64,000 nt of DNA from Chrysemys picta bellii. Taxonomy: Eukaryota. The DNA lies in contig NC_088792.1 in the NCBI RefSeq assembly GCF_011386835.1, positions 161,944,001 to 162,008,000 on the forward strand, read 5' to 3'. The first letter of the stretch is position 1. Every line of letters begins with the position of its first letter. This document shows, piece after piece, positions 11,257-23,193 of this stretch. The translations under genes were made by a program, and so were the position numbers. The notes beneath the pieces were generated by a model. It saw only the letters and a list, made by a program, of their open reading frames with translations. It had not been told where the DNA came from and ran no database searches.

Positions 11257-12165
11257 TTTAATCTAAGCGAAGAGAGGAATTACCCCCATTTTACAGGTTG
11301 AGAATTGAGGTGGAGATGCAAAAGCAATGCTTGTGAAATGGCTATTGGTTTATTCTTCTTGGTTTGGAGCACCTGCACTGCTTCCTAAAAGACCTGACTT
11401 CAGCCAGACGGTGGGGTAACCATGCTGGTGTTCAAAAGGGGTGAGTGGCATCTGTCACAAAGGAATTGCCTCCTGAGCACAGGACATACACCCCACACAG
11501 CAGCATGTCGCTGGTCACCAAACAAAGGGGAGAAAACTCTTTCACTGTATCAAAGAAACTCTGGCTCTAACCTCTCCCTTTTCATGCAGCTCCCAGTCAC
11601 TGCTGTTCTATGTTTACACCTCCGCTGACAAGTGATAACCCTTGAAAGCCCAATTACATTCCACTTGTGTTTTTTTTCCCAGCACAAAGGAACCCTAAGT
11701 GTTCGCCCCCTGTTCGACTCCTTACACAGTACAGGGACAATGACAGGTACAGAGCTCGGCGGTGCATTCTGCCTTATTAAGAATGTGAGCATAATGATTC
11801 TGTTTTGAATACAGGCACTACAATAGATGCCCAGCCTGAGAAAAAATTTGTTATAATTCCTTTATGAGACTCCCAATTAACAAGCAGTCTGTCACAAGGC
11901 TGTTAACGCATGGATCTGCAGCGGGAGAGCCAGGGAACATAACACATAGAGAAACAGAAGTGAGACTGAGACTTGGGTAAACAACAAGACAGGTACCTTG
12001 ACTGTCTTGGGCAACTTTTTTAGATTCACAGTTTTTTTTCTTTGTGAGCTTTGCATATGTGTGTGCGTGTGTCTTTTCTTTAGTGCAGTGCTGATTTCAA
12101 ACCCCAACACAAATTGCAAAGCTAAATTTGAGGACTAGCCATGGAGATAAGCAAAAGGTATCAGA

Positions 12166-12312
12166 GGGTATGTCTTCACTACCCGCCGTATCGGCGGGTA
12201 GCAATCGATTTATCCGGGATCGATATATCGCGTCTCGTCAAGAGACGCGATATATCGATCCCCAATAAATCGATTGCTACCCACCGATACGGCGGGTAGT
12301 GAAGACGAACCC
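12166..12312. mobile_element. PIF/Harbinger-type MITE forming an almost perfect 147-bp palindrome
   Basis: 71-bp arms with 5 mismatches around a GTCAA loop. Termini are GGGTATGTCTTCAC / GTGAAGACGAACCC, flanked by AGA and TGA (imperfect 3-bp TSD). Confidence 0.75.
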
Positions 12313-13065
12313 TGATTTGTGAGGAGAGTTTACAGGCACGTGCAGGTCATTAACATGGGAAGGGTAGTCTAGTGCAGTCTTATTCACGCTTTTCAAGTTC
12401 ACAACCATTTATTCAAAGTCAAATTTCTCACAACCCCATCCATATATTTAAATAAGTAAAATATGTATTGATGATCACAACAAGAAACCTACATAATTGA
12501 TTTGTGTGTGTGTTTCTAGAGGTTGACAGAGAACACACATGCTCAAGAGCTAACTCATCACCAGATCTGGGGTCAGGAAGGCATTTTTTCCCCAGATCAG
12601 GTTGTCAGAGAGTTTGGGGGTTTTCTATCTTCCTCTGCAGCATGGGCCTGGATCGCCAGATAGGATTACCTGAGCATAGCCCACCTAATCAATTCCCTGC
12701 TACTGCAGGGGCCTCAGGCACTGGTAGTGCCTTGGTCCCTCCTGTTCACTTTCTGCAGCACACAACAGTTTAGTCTCCTGAGGACTAAAATGCTTTAGTT
12801 TCACTGAAGTCATTGTGCTCAACACAGGAGTACTTAGGTAAAATTTAATGACCTGTGCTATGCAGGACATCAGGCTAGATGACCTAATCATTCCTCCTGG
12901 CCTTCGATTGTATGAAGCTCTGGGAAGCGATGAAATTCTTCACCTTGAAGAGTCAGGATGTGTAGGCAGTGGGGAAGTGAGGTTTTCCTTGCTTTAGACT
13001 GCAATATAATTGTTAATGCCTCATGACCCCACCCCCACCCCACCCCAACTATGGCTTTAAAGGAT

Positions 13066-13523
13066 TGTGACGAACTGGGACTGTTCTTACTGTGGTCTGT
13101 GAATGCTGACAGGGGAGTGTGGCTAGGATAGTCTGCATTGGGGGATGGGAGACTGCCCGAAGGAGAATACCTGAGCATGTAACATGAGAACCCAGGAAGG
13201 GGTTGGAGGCCAGGTGACACCTTGGCCCGGGAAACTGAACAAAGGCTGTGGGAGGGGTCGCTGAAGGCAGAGTTTTGGAAGCTGGCTGGTGAGATGGCTG
13301 GGAGGCAGAGATGGCTCTGACCTCCCAAGGGGGGCTGGGATGCCCTGGGACCCCAAGATGGACCTAACTGAGGGGGGTCCTGTTGTCTGTGCCTGCAAGA
13401 TCTGTCTTGGACTGTATTCCTGTCATCTAAATAAACCTTCTGCTTTACTGGCTGGCTGAGAGTCATGGTGAATCGCAGGAAGCCGGAGGTGCAGGGCCCT
13501 GAGTTCCCCCACACTCCGCGACA
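13066..13523 (+). mobile_element. Solo LTR (Gypsy/ERV-type), 458 bp
   Basis: TGTGACG...CGCGACA termini, perfect 5-bp TSD AGGAT (13061-65 and 13524-28), AATAAA at 13430-35. Confidence 0.85.
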
Positions 13524-16500
13524 AGGATCTCCCGGGGTCTTGTGTCCCACTGGTTTAGAAACGCTGATCAGGTGGCTAGGGCATAGAGATGAGACTCAGG
13601 AGACTTGGGGTTCATTCCCAGCTCAGCCACAGCTTTCCTGTGCAACTTTGGGGCCGTCATTTAATCGACCCTGTTCCTCATCTCTACAAAATATTGGTGA
13701 TATTTCCCTCCCCCACAGGGGTGTTGTGAGGCTCAGGTCTGTGGATGAGGCCGAAGTGCTGAGATACTCCAGTGGTGAGGGGCATGTAAGTAGACAGATA
13801 GATGCCCAAGTGCTATGACATGTACATGCAATTAATAGTGGGCTTCACCATCAGATCTACCTCTCTGGCAGGGGCTCCCCAGCCTGGTTTCTCCTGCATT
13901 TGCAGGGTTGCAGGCGGGGGCTCCGAGATCCTAAGACAAGCCTCTCAGGATGATTGCTGTTTGCATGTTACAGTGCTTACAGGCCTTCCCCAGCTTGGAA
14001 CTAATGGCAATTAGATGCTGGTTTGTAGATCATGTTTTTACAATAGCATATGGTCATAATTTGAGCCCTTTACTATGGCACTTGGTGAACACTGGAGCCT
14101 CCTGCCTGCTGCCCCATACCTTGTGTTTGGGTGATTTACTGTTGCTCTGTGTCCCTCTGCCCACCGACACTCATAACAACTTCCACACAGGCAGAGTAAG
14201 CTTGTAATTATAGCTGAGTCTGGCAGTGCCATTGGAGTTAAAGGCCTGCTGGGATTTCCCATTAACAGGAATCCAAATCCCAGCTGGAATGAAATCTGCC
14301 CTGCTGGCTGGACCTTTTTATTAGTGTGTGTGAGCCCTTATTAAAAAAAATACTTCAGAATTCTGCAGTAACAATCAGAAATACTCTGCCTTACCCTTGG
14401 GTTTGAGATTTGGATGTTCAAAGGAGCGTAGGGACCGAGGGGGTTAAATTCAATAGGATTTGAGCACCTAACTCCCTTAACGTCTCGGCCCCAGGCCATT
14501 ACTGCAGTGTAATGTGTTGGAGGGTTTTTTTACGAGAGAGGTTTATTTTTAATTATTTAAACAAGCTCAGACAAATGGCTTAGAAATCAGGGAACAACCC
14601 AATAAAAGCCTCAAGGTATTAGGTACATTGTTACAGACTTTGGTATCTGAACTGGCTTTGTTTCCAAAGCATTTCCTTTTTTTTTTTTTTTTGTTTAGTC
14701 CTTAAAGGGAAACCATTGCCTTCATTCAAGTAGTGTTGGTACAACAGTCCTAGGGACAGATGTTTGTGGCTTATCAATAGAATATGTGGCACGAGCAGTG
14801 GTGGCTCATGCTTTTTTCCCAAGCTATGCTACTCATGTCCCTCTGCCCTGCCCTGGAAACACCCCATCTAGGTGTAAGAGGAGATTTCAGTCTCCCCATC
14901 ATCCATTCGCCGAAGCTGCCAGCAAATGCCAGTTGCAACAGTGGTCTTTGTGATGAGGGACCCTGTCCCCTGGGATCCAGATGAAGATCCCTTCATGGGA
15001 ACCTTATTCTTGAGGTCCACAGCTGGAGCTTTTCCACGTCCACTAAGAAGCACCCATGCACTGTGCTGTAAACACATCAATGCAGTGTCTTGTCCAAAAT
15101 ATAATCAGTACAGCACCAGAGTGCCAAGTTTTGGCCCCATTTACTCAAGTGCAACCCCCTTGGCTCCTGTCAGCATTATAAAATTGTTGCTAAATGACTG
15201 ATTTAGCCAGGCTTCCATAGTCAATATTCTTGTCACCCCGAATATTTGTTTAATTAATCATGGTGGAGATTTTCACGGATGCCTAAGGGAATTAGATGCC
15301 AGCAGGATTTGGGCACTTAATTCCCTTAAATTCCTTTGAAATTCCCAGCCCCATCCACACTGGGTAGGTATACACTCAGTACAACAAAAGTCCTTACCCA
15401 CCATGAATTGGGCTCATTGTAATACGGTATCTGGCTGGATTCTCTTGTGATTCTCTTATTTGACTCTTCTAAAGTCCCAGTCAGGAACCTGGAGAGGATG
15501 TTTTCAGGACAGGAGAATGTGATTGTCCACTGGGATCCCAGAGATGAACTGGAAAGTCTAAGGTGTGTGAGGAGCATGGACAAGAAGCACAATCAAGGCT
15601 GGAGGGGTGTGGGAGAAGAAAGTGGGAAGGAAATAAGAGGAAAAAGCTGGTGTGAAGTGGAACAGGCGAGGAGAAGGAGTTCATAGCTCATATAAAGCAT
15701 TTAACAGTTTGAAAATAAAGCAAGAGCATTTCCCAATCTCCAGCGCTGTTTGACTCTGGAACTCAGCTAAGTATTTGAACAGTTCTTGGAATCCATCAAA
15801 GGTGACAGCATTTCACAAACTGCAAACAGCCAGAGGGCCAGGCTGATCTGCTGTGAGTAGTCACATAGCTTCAGAGGAGCTTGTCTGCATCATGCTCAAA
15901 AAATGTGTAATCTTTTGATTTTCACATGACGTTTCCCCTCAAGCGAAGAATATATATATATAGGTTCATATTTTTGCAGCAAAGAGAGAGAGTGAGATCA
16001 GCTGGGGCAGTGAATTGATAGACTCTCATCTTTCATATCTACCAGACCTGGGACTGGAATTGGCCTGGGTTACAAATTACCGAATTCTGCATTCTCAGCT
16101 CAGTGCTGTGCCTAATGGCTGAGAACAAGCAGCTCGGAAACAAGTGATAATGCTTCAGCCAGCAGTGTGCAGACAAGCAAAGGGGAGAGGAGGCTGAGTC
16201 ATCAGCATTCAGACTGGGCCACAGTGGTGTCTCTTCCTGCACTGGCTGGAAAGGCGTCTCCAGGAAGTCCTTGGGGAGGTTTAACCCTATCCATCATCCC
16301 CTTTATGGTACTGACATCACAATGAGCAGTGTGTGTATGTGTGCAGGTACCCAGGGAGGCTGGTGAGTCAGTGGGGAATCTGATTTTTTTATTTTTGGAT
16401 TCAGAAAGATGGAATAGCCTTCACAGAAAGGTGGGATCTTCTTGGGTGAATTGACACACTTCAAGGCCTGAGAATTTCCTCTTTCAGATACACAGACTCT

Positions 16501-17387
16501 GCTGTGCTTCCCAATATCCTAGTTATCTCTGGGTAGATTTCCCTTGCTGTGCTGTTGAATGTACCAGGCACCTCTAGGTAGAATGCACCTTCTGTGCTAC
16601 TGAATGTATCCAGAAGGTCTAGGAACGTTCCATTGCCACATTTGACAGGTATGTTCTAACATTACACTGTTATGGACTCACCAGCACAGCTGGAGTAGGA
16701 AAGTACCAGCAATGAATGGGTCAATTTGTCTTGTGTTGGTTCCTTTGTTCCTTGTGGTGATCCACCTTAACATTCTGTGTTGAATTCTGTCCCTCACTTT
16801 GGCAGGCTGAAGGGTTAAGACAAAGAGCCGCAGGATGCGAGGAATCCAGCTGCTGAGAGGAGTATGGCACAATGAGACCAGATCCAAAAACAGAGAGAGA
16901 AAGACCAAAATAGTGGCTCATGGCTCTCAGATGCAGAAGGCAGGTCCAGAATCACAGGGGGTGAGGCATATTTTTTGATGTGCCAACAATGCAACTGTCA
17001 ACCAGAGGAGCTCAAAGTACAAGGTGCAGATAGGCCAGAATTCCTCTCATGCTCAGCATTTAGCCTCAAGGTGTAAATTCCAATCAAGAAGCCTCTCAAA
17101 AGGTTAAGTGTTGTGGTGTTTGCTCTTTGCACAACAAGAATAATATGAAGGAACCACACAGGCATGTTGGGGTCCAAATAGCCATGTTTACTGAATATTC
17201 ACACCAGCAAGTGAGGGGAGGGGATTCCTGTTTTAATTACACAATTACAAATACAAATTCTGGGAGGGATTTTAAAAGCTTCAGCCATATTTCCTGAAAG
17301 ACTCAGTGAACAAAGGACAATGGGACAGATCCTCAAATGGTGTAAGTTGGCATCGCTCCACTGATATAGAGTGACTTTGATTTACAC

Positions 17388-17786
17388 CATAAGAATAAGA
17401 ATGGCCCTACTGGGTCAGACCAAAGGTCCATCTAGCCCAGTATCCTGTCTTCCAACAGTGGCCAGTGCCACGTGCCCCAGAGGGAATGCACAGAACAGGT
17501 AATCATCAAGTGATCCATCCCCTGTCGCTCATTCCGAGCTTGTGGCAAACAGAGGCTAGGGACACCATCCCTGCCCATCCTGACTAATAAATTCATGGAG
17601 GATAGGTCCATCAATGGCTATCTTTTTTGAGCCCTGTTATGGTCTTGGCCTTCACAACATCCTCTGGCAAAGAGTTCCATAGGTTGACTGTGCGTTGTGT
17701 GAAGAAATACTTCCTTTTGTTTGTTTTAAACCTGCTGCCTATTAATTTCATTTGGTGACCCCTAGTTCTAGTGTTATGAGAAGTAT
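17388..17786 (-). mobile_element. CR1 LINE 3' end, same subfamily as 10653-11256, carrying an internal 33-bp inversion
   Basis: CATAAGAATAAGAATGGCC...GGTCAGACCAAAGGTCCATCTAG is the reverse complement of the 3' end of the 10.65-kb copy. Confidence 0.9.
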
Positions 17787-20259
17787 TCCAGCTTTTGGTT
17801 TCATTTAACCATGGGGAATCTTGTCACTTGCCCGTGTAGGAATCACCCCCATAAATCAAACCTACACATTCGAGACGGCAAAAAAAGTAAATGATGTAGC
17901 AAGCAAGAATCCAGATACAATTCCAAGAAGTTACAACACCAGGCAGTACATTGACCAAATTCCTGCACATTTATATGTCCAGTCCTGATGGAGGTTTCAA
18001 ACACAGTGTCCCAAAGCCCTATGTAATTTAAGTTAAATAACACACTGCATCTTCTGTGATCGCCAGTTAATATGATGATTCAACCCCTACTTATTTATTG
18101 TATGTGATATATTTACTGAATCCAATAAAGGCTAGATGCAGGCCACATTGCAAAGTGGATAAAGAGCTAGCTAAAGCACATCTGTTAATCTCACATCAAT
18201 ATAATTTTTCCTAAGAGCCTGTGGCCTTTGGTTAGCATTTCATCTACAGAGTTTTCACCTTTCCAGGGGCTGTAAAGGGCATTGCTGGGGGAGTCATTGT
18301 GTTGCCCGTGTGGCATTGTGAGATGAGCAACATGTGAACTACTTAACGAGCCTTTCTCTCCCCAGAATCCTTCATACCACTGAAGGAATCACTTTCCAAA
18401 TATATGTATTGAGGGTCTGATCCAAAGCCCATTAATGTCAATGGCAGTCTCCAGTGGAAAGACCCCTCCATTGACTCCAATGGGCATTGGGTCAGGCTCT
18501 CAGTTAATATGGGGAGATAATATTTGCAGTGAACTGTTGGGGGGCGGGGTTTGTTTGTGCTCTCATGATGACAAGGCAGAAGCACACCCATCTCAATCTG
18601 CCTCATGAACTGAGCCAGGATTTAGGAGAAACAAACAGAGTTGGAATAGCAGCCCAGTTCTGTAATTCAGGGATCAGTTCCATGGCCCATGTGGCCTCGG
18701 GAGGATCCAGGGACTGGATTGAGGTGAGTCACCAAATAATTGTTTGCAAGCTATTCTTTAAGTGTGAAATGCTCCCCCTAGCAGAGACAGCATGAGCTGC
18801 CATGTGCAACATAAGGCCAAAGCTGTGGCTTCAGTGCATCTGACATGCATTGCCCTAGTGCTGGCTCCTTGCACACTGAAGAAATTTCACCCATAGGGGG
18901 AGAAATTTCACAAAAGAATTGGCAAAAATTTTCAAATAATGAATGCATTAAAGAATCCAGGGATCCAAAAAAAGTGGGGAAATTTGACAAATTATTCCCT
19001 AAGGATTATTTCCTCAGTCCAATTCTTGGAAATGCTAAATTGTTCTCTAAGAGGCAACCTATAAATAATTTAAAATACATAAGCTTCCAGGACAAAAAGA
19101 TATTACCAGGGACTTTTTTAGCCAAAATGTTTCTGTACTAAAAATTGTTGAAGGGTGTCATGTTCTCTAACTTGCCTCCGTACAGAAAGAAAAGGGAACG
19201 CTGATATTCTACTGACTGCGTGGTTTGGTTGGAAATGTTGGATTAAGCTACAAATACTAACAAAAATCCAACAGCTATACATTAAATGTGGACTAAAGCA
19301 CATATTTATTTACCTCTAATGAGTTTTAGTACATCCACATCCACATTCTTTCCTGTTTGGAACAGCCTGAAAGAAAAGTTATAGGGATGCCCATGTAATG
19401 GCAAATTAAGGGCCCAATTTTGCATGATTTACTTACTGGCATGAAGGCTGCAGGATCAACTCACTAAAAAAGGGTCATTCAAAAGGCACAAATTGTGTTT
19501 AGAAACTGATAACCAACCCGCTCTATTGAAAAGGATTTTATTTCACTATCTAAAGGAGATCTCTGATTAGTGAGTGATGGGGTAACTTCAAAAGCATCAG
19601 AAGGTCTGGTCAAGATAAGCATTCAAAAAGGTGGATGCTTCTTCTACAGACCTCTTTGATCTGCAATTAAGGATGGAAACCTTACAGGCTTTCTCGGGAG
19701 CTATCCAGTGCCTTGTGCATTAATGACGCACCAGGCAGAATAGCATCCAGCTTCCTCTTCCAGCTGCTGCGTGCAGACAGTTAGCAATAAACTAAGCAAG
19801 ACAGTGAGATTTTAAAGAGACAGTAAAGAATTCCAATCCCACCAGTACATCATGTGGTCACTGAGCTTTAGGCTGAAATTCATGCCTGTGCAGAGAGCTG
19901 ACATCATAAAACACTGAAGTCCTACTTAAGCCCTCTTTTGAGGTCTAGGCCTACGTCCTCATCTGGCGTAAAACTGGCAAAACTCCACTTACACCAGCTG
20001 AGGATCTGGCCCCCTAAGTGGTGCATTACGCTTTTCATCTGTCCCGGGTTGAATTTCATCCTTAATGCAAAATACAAGAGGTCAGATTCTGCTCTCACTT
20101 GCATCGGTGCACGTTGATTTTAAGAAAAAAGAAGAACAGGAGTACTTGTGGCACCTTAGAGACTAACAAATTTATTAGAGCATAAGCTTTCGTGGACTAC
20201 AGCCCACTTCCTCGGATGCACTACAGCCCACTTCTTCAGATGCATATATATATGAATAT

Positions 20260-20299
20260 GCATCTGAAGAAGTGGGCTGTAGTCCACGAAAGCTTATGC
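20260..20299 (+). ncRNA. Minimal type-I hammerhead ribozyme motif (PLE-type)
   Basis: GCAT-CTGAAGA-A-GTGGGC(TGTA)GTCCAC-GAAA-GC-TT-ATGC. It has a 4-bp stem I (GCAT/ATGC), a CUGANGA core, a 6-bp stem II, GAAA, and a palindromic AGCU in place of stem III. Confidence 0.65.
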
Positions 20300-20323
20300 T
20301 CTAATAAATTTGTTAGTCTCTAA

Positions 20324-20609
20324 GGCCTTGGCTACACTTACCCGGTAGTTCGGCGGCGAGCGATCGAACTTCTGGGTTCGACTTATCGCGTCTAGTCTGG
20401 ACGCGATAAGTCGAACCCGGAAGTGCTCGCCGTCGACTGCGGTACTCCAGCTCGGCGAGAGGAGTACCGCGGAGTCGACGGGGGAGCCTGCCTGCCGAGT
20501 GTGGACCAAGGTAAGTTCGAACTAAGGTACTTCGAACTTCAGCTACGTTATTCACGTAGCTGAAGTTCCGTACCTTAGTTCAAATTAGGGGGTTAGTGTA
20601 GACCTGGCC
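20324..20609. mobile_element. PIF/Harbinger-type MITE nested in the PLE arm
   Basis: TIRs GGCCTTGGCTACACT / AGTGTAGACCTGGCC with a perfect TAA TSD (20321-23 and 20610-12). Removing it restores GTCTCTAAGGTGCCAC, the mirror of the left arm. Confidence 0.88.
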
Positions 20610-20891
20610 TAAGGTGCCACAAGTACTCCTGTTCTTCTTTTTGCGGATACAGACTAACACGGCTGCTACTCTGAAACCTGTTGATTTTAAGGGAGTTACT
20701 ATCAGTATTTGCATTGCAATAGAGCTGAGGAGCCCCGGGCATGGACCAGAACTCACTGTGCTAGGCGCTGTACAAACACAGAACAAACTCTCGATTTACA
20801 ACCAGGCAGAATTTGGCCCAACTGCTTTTTGACATACCAAACCCTATTGCACTCTCTCCCCTTTAAGAGAAATGGCTGCATTAATGTCATA

Positions 20892-21079
20892 CACCTCTAC
20901 CCCGATCTAATGCTGTCCTCGGGAGCCAAAAAATCTTACCGCGTTATAGGTGAAACCGCGTTATATGGAACTTGCTTTGATCCGCCGGAGTGCGCAACCC
21001 CGCCCCCCCGGTATGCTGCTTTACCGCGTTATATCCCAATTTGTGTTATATCGGGTCGCGTTATATCGGGGTAGAGGTG
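20892..21079. mobile_element. Tc1/mariner (pogo/Tigger-like) MITE
   Basis: 22-bp TIR CACCTCTACCCCGAT(C/A)TAA(T/C)GC, 20/22 match between ends, with TA TSD at 20890-91 and 21080-81. Confidence 0.85.
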
Positions 21080-21516
21080 TACTTTATATGCTCCCAACAG
21101 CAGAAGCTATTGCCGGTGGCTCAGGTTGCCTATCCACAAGTAGGGTAGGTGTACTTTTCCAACTCTGTGACCTATCAAATGCAGAGAAAAAGGAAATTAT
21201 TTTTCATGGTGTTGCCAGAAAAAATATATATTGTGAAACTAGAATATATAATATAAAATAATATACATGGTAAATAAAAAATACTGCAGGTCATGGGGGC
21301 CAAAGAAACTTAAAAAAATAAATAAAATAAAAGGATTTTTACAACAGTTGCAAAGAAATCTTTCCCTTCTTTGCTCAGGTTGCATGCAGCACTGTTGTCC
21401 ATAAGGAAATCTATAAAAGCCCCTCTGCAAGTGTATGTTTATCAGGTCCAATCATTCCTCTAAGTAATATTCACTATCTGGGAGAGGGAATGCAAGAGAC
21501 TCTCTCAGGACTCTTA

Positions 21517-22515
21517 GGGCTTGTCTACACGCTGCCAGCAAAGCACACTAGGAGTGTGATCTGCAGAGTGTTCTAATTAGGGTGACCAGATGACAAAACT
21601 GAAATGTCGGGGGGGGGGGGGCCTCAGAGGGGGAAAAAAAGCCGCCGGAGTGCCCCCCCCCCCGCACCAGCTTGCCTCGTCTCCACCTCCCCCCGTAGGG
21701 GAAGGTGCCCAGTTGGTGCAATCCCGCAGGCGGCCCCGGAGTAGGGGTAGCAGGCCCCAGCCCCCACATCCCGCTTGGGTCCCACAGGGGAAGAAACGGG
21801 GCTGCCGCTGCCTCCATGTGGCGGGAGGTGAAGCCCCGTCGGATGCTGCCCCCCCACCCTCACCCCCACCCCCACCCATGGGCACATACATGGAGCCAGT
21901 TCCCCAGGCCGGCCCCGGGGCTGACCCTGCAGGTACTGCCCCGCCCTCCTGCCTGCGCTTGGGGCCAGGCCGGACTCACTCACCCCGCACTCCCCTGCGT
22001 CCCCCGGGCCTCCCTCCAGTGCTTGCGCCGCCATATAGCTGATCGGCGCAAGCCTGGGAGGGAGGAGGAATGGCGTGCTTGGGGAAGAGGCGGGGATTTG
22101 GGGAGGGATCCAGTGAGGGGGTGGGGCTCTGGGCGGGGGGGGGCCCAAGCCCCTCCGGGATCCGCCTGTCCGCAGGAGCAGAGGGCAAAATTGCTTGTTT
22201 GTCCAGTGTCCTGACTGAACATTGGTCGGGACGCAGGACAAACAAGCAAATATTGGGACAGTCTCGATAAAATCAGGATGTCTGGTCACCCTAGTTCTAA
22301 TGTATAATGCTCAAACTGCCTGGTCTAGACCCAACTGCCGTGCTCTAATCCCCACTGATGGCGTCCCATTTCAAACAGGATTATGTTAATGTGAACTATG
22401 CACCTTTTAGAGCACACCAGCAAGGTCTACCTGGGGCAGTTGGAGAGCAGGACGTTAGTGCGCTTTCCAAATCACACCTCTCTGGTGCACTTTGCCACAC
22501 CATGTGGACAAGCTC
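21517..22515. mobile_element. PIF/Harbinger-type MITE split by a hAT insertion
   Basis: GGGCTTGTCTACAC ... GTGGACAAGCTC termini with TTA TSD (21514-16 and 22516-18). Confidence 0.75.
21578..22293. mobile_element. Non-autonomous hAT (TAGGGTGACCAGA TIR), GC-rich interior
   Basis: TAGGGTGACCAGA / TCTGGTCACCCTA with a perfect 8-bp TSD GTTCTAAT (21570-77 and 22294-301). It explains the overlapping Pro/Gly-rich spurious ORFs at 21548-22289. Confidence 0.9.
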
Positions 22516-22706
22516 TTAGTGGCAGGGTAGCCAAGGAGGTTTCTGGGAGATTATGCCAGTTTAAAGGAAGTTGGTTTCTTTTTCTAGCTTCTTTCTGTTT
22601 TTTGTCCCTTCTGACAACCGCGGCTGTCTCAGAAATATATATTATAAATATATTTGTGTAACTTCAGTGCCTATTAAAAGGACAGGCTGAGAGACTGAGA
22701 GGTTTG

Positions 22707-22732
22707 GAGAGAGAGAGAGAGAGAGAGAGAGA
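22707..22732. repeat. (GA)n microsatellite. (AAAT)n lies at about 22790-22815 and 538-570
   Basis: Read directly from the sequence. Confidence 0.9.
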
Positions 22733-22764
22733 GCACTTTATCACCAGGCCAGGCTCAGGCTAGG

Positions 22765-23050
22765 GAGTAGAACTGGTTGGGAAATCTTAAATAAATAAAT
22801 AAATAAATAAATAAAGGAAAATGGCTTTTTATCAAACAGAAATTTTCTGTGTTCACTAAAAAACACTCACACATTGTGGAAAAATGAAAATTTTTCAGAT
22901 TTTGCTTTTTTTTTATAATCAAAAAGTGTTCACAATTCAGTTTTTCTACCAAAACCCCAAATATTCCATAACTTTTTTGATAAAAGCTAAACATTTTTGT
23001 TTTCTTAATTTTTTGTGGGAAATAAAATACATTTGGCTATCAGCTCTACT
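22765..23050. mobile_element. AT-rich non-autonomous DNA-transposon-like repeat (TAGA(A/G)CTGG.. / ..CCAGCTCTA termini). Similar copies lie near 31.85-32.26, 34.2-34.57, 39.8-40.1, 51.79-52.18 and 52.35-52.66 kb
   Basis: AGTAGAACTGGTTGGG ... CTATCAGCTCTACT, with an interior of recurrent TTTTC/GAAAA tracts. Superfamily not determined. Confidence 0.55.
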
Positions 23051-23193
23051 GAACAGTGGCAAAACACATTTCTCCACAGCTCCCCCAGCCAATTTGTCTC
23101 ATCTCCAACCTAGAGAGATCACCTTGAGGAATACAAGAGATTTCACCCATCCATGACTCATTCAATTATTGGTCTCTCCCTCAACACTGTCGA

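Larger units (their letters stand above)
20125..20679. mobile_element. Penelope-like element reduced to inverted pLTRs (fold-back), interrupted by a Harbinger MITE
   Basis: The arm AAAAAGAAGAACAGGAGTACTTGTGGCACCTTAGAGACTAACAAATTTATTAGAGCATAAGCTTTCGTGGACTACAGCCCACTTC recurs as an exact reverse complement at 20269-20323 plus 20613-20642. A 12-bp direct repeat GTTGATTTTAAG flanks it (20113-24 and 20680-91). Confidence 0.85.

Noticed and set aside
12888-13550. 220-aa minus-strand ORF
   Set aside because: It overlaps the antisense strand of a solo LTR and has no protein motif.
17840-18020. Minus-strand reading GLWDTVFETSIRTGHINVQEF, superficially like a small-GTPase GLWDTAGQE motif
   Set aside because: The similarity ends after five residues and no other G-box motifs are present.
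21548-22289. CpG-island-like region with many overlapping ORFs, suggestive of a gene promoter or first exon
   Set aside because: It lies entirely between hAT TIRs with a perfect 8-bp TSD, so it is transposon interior.
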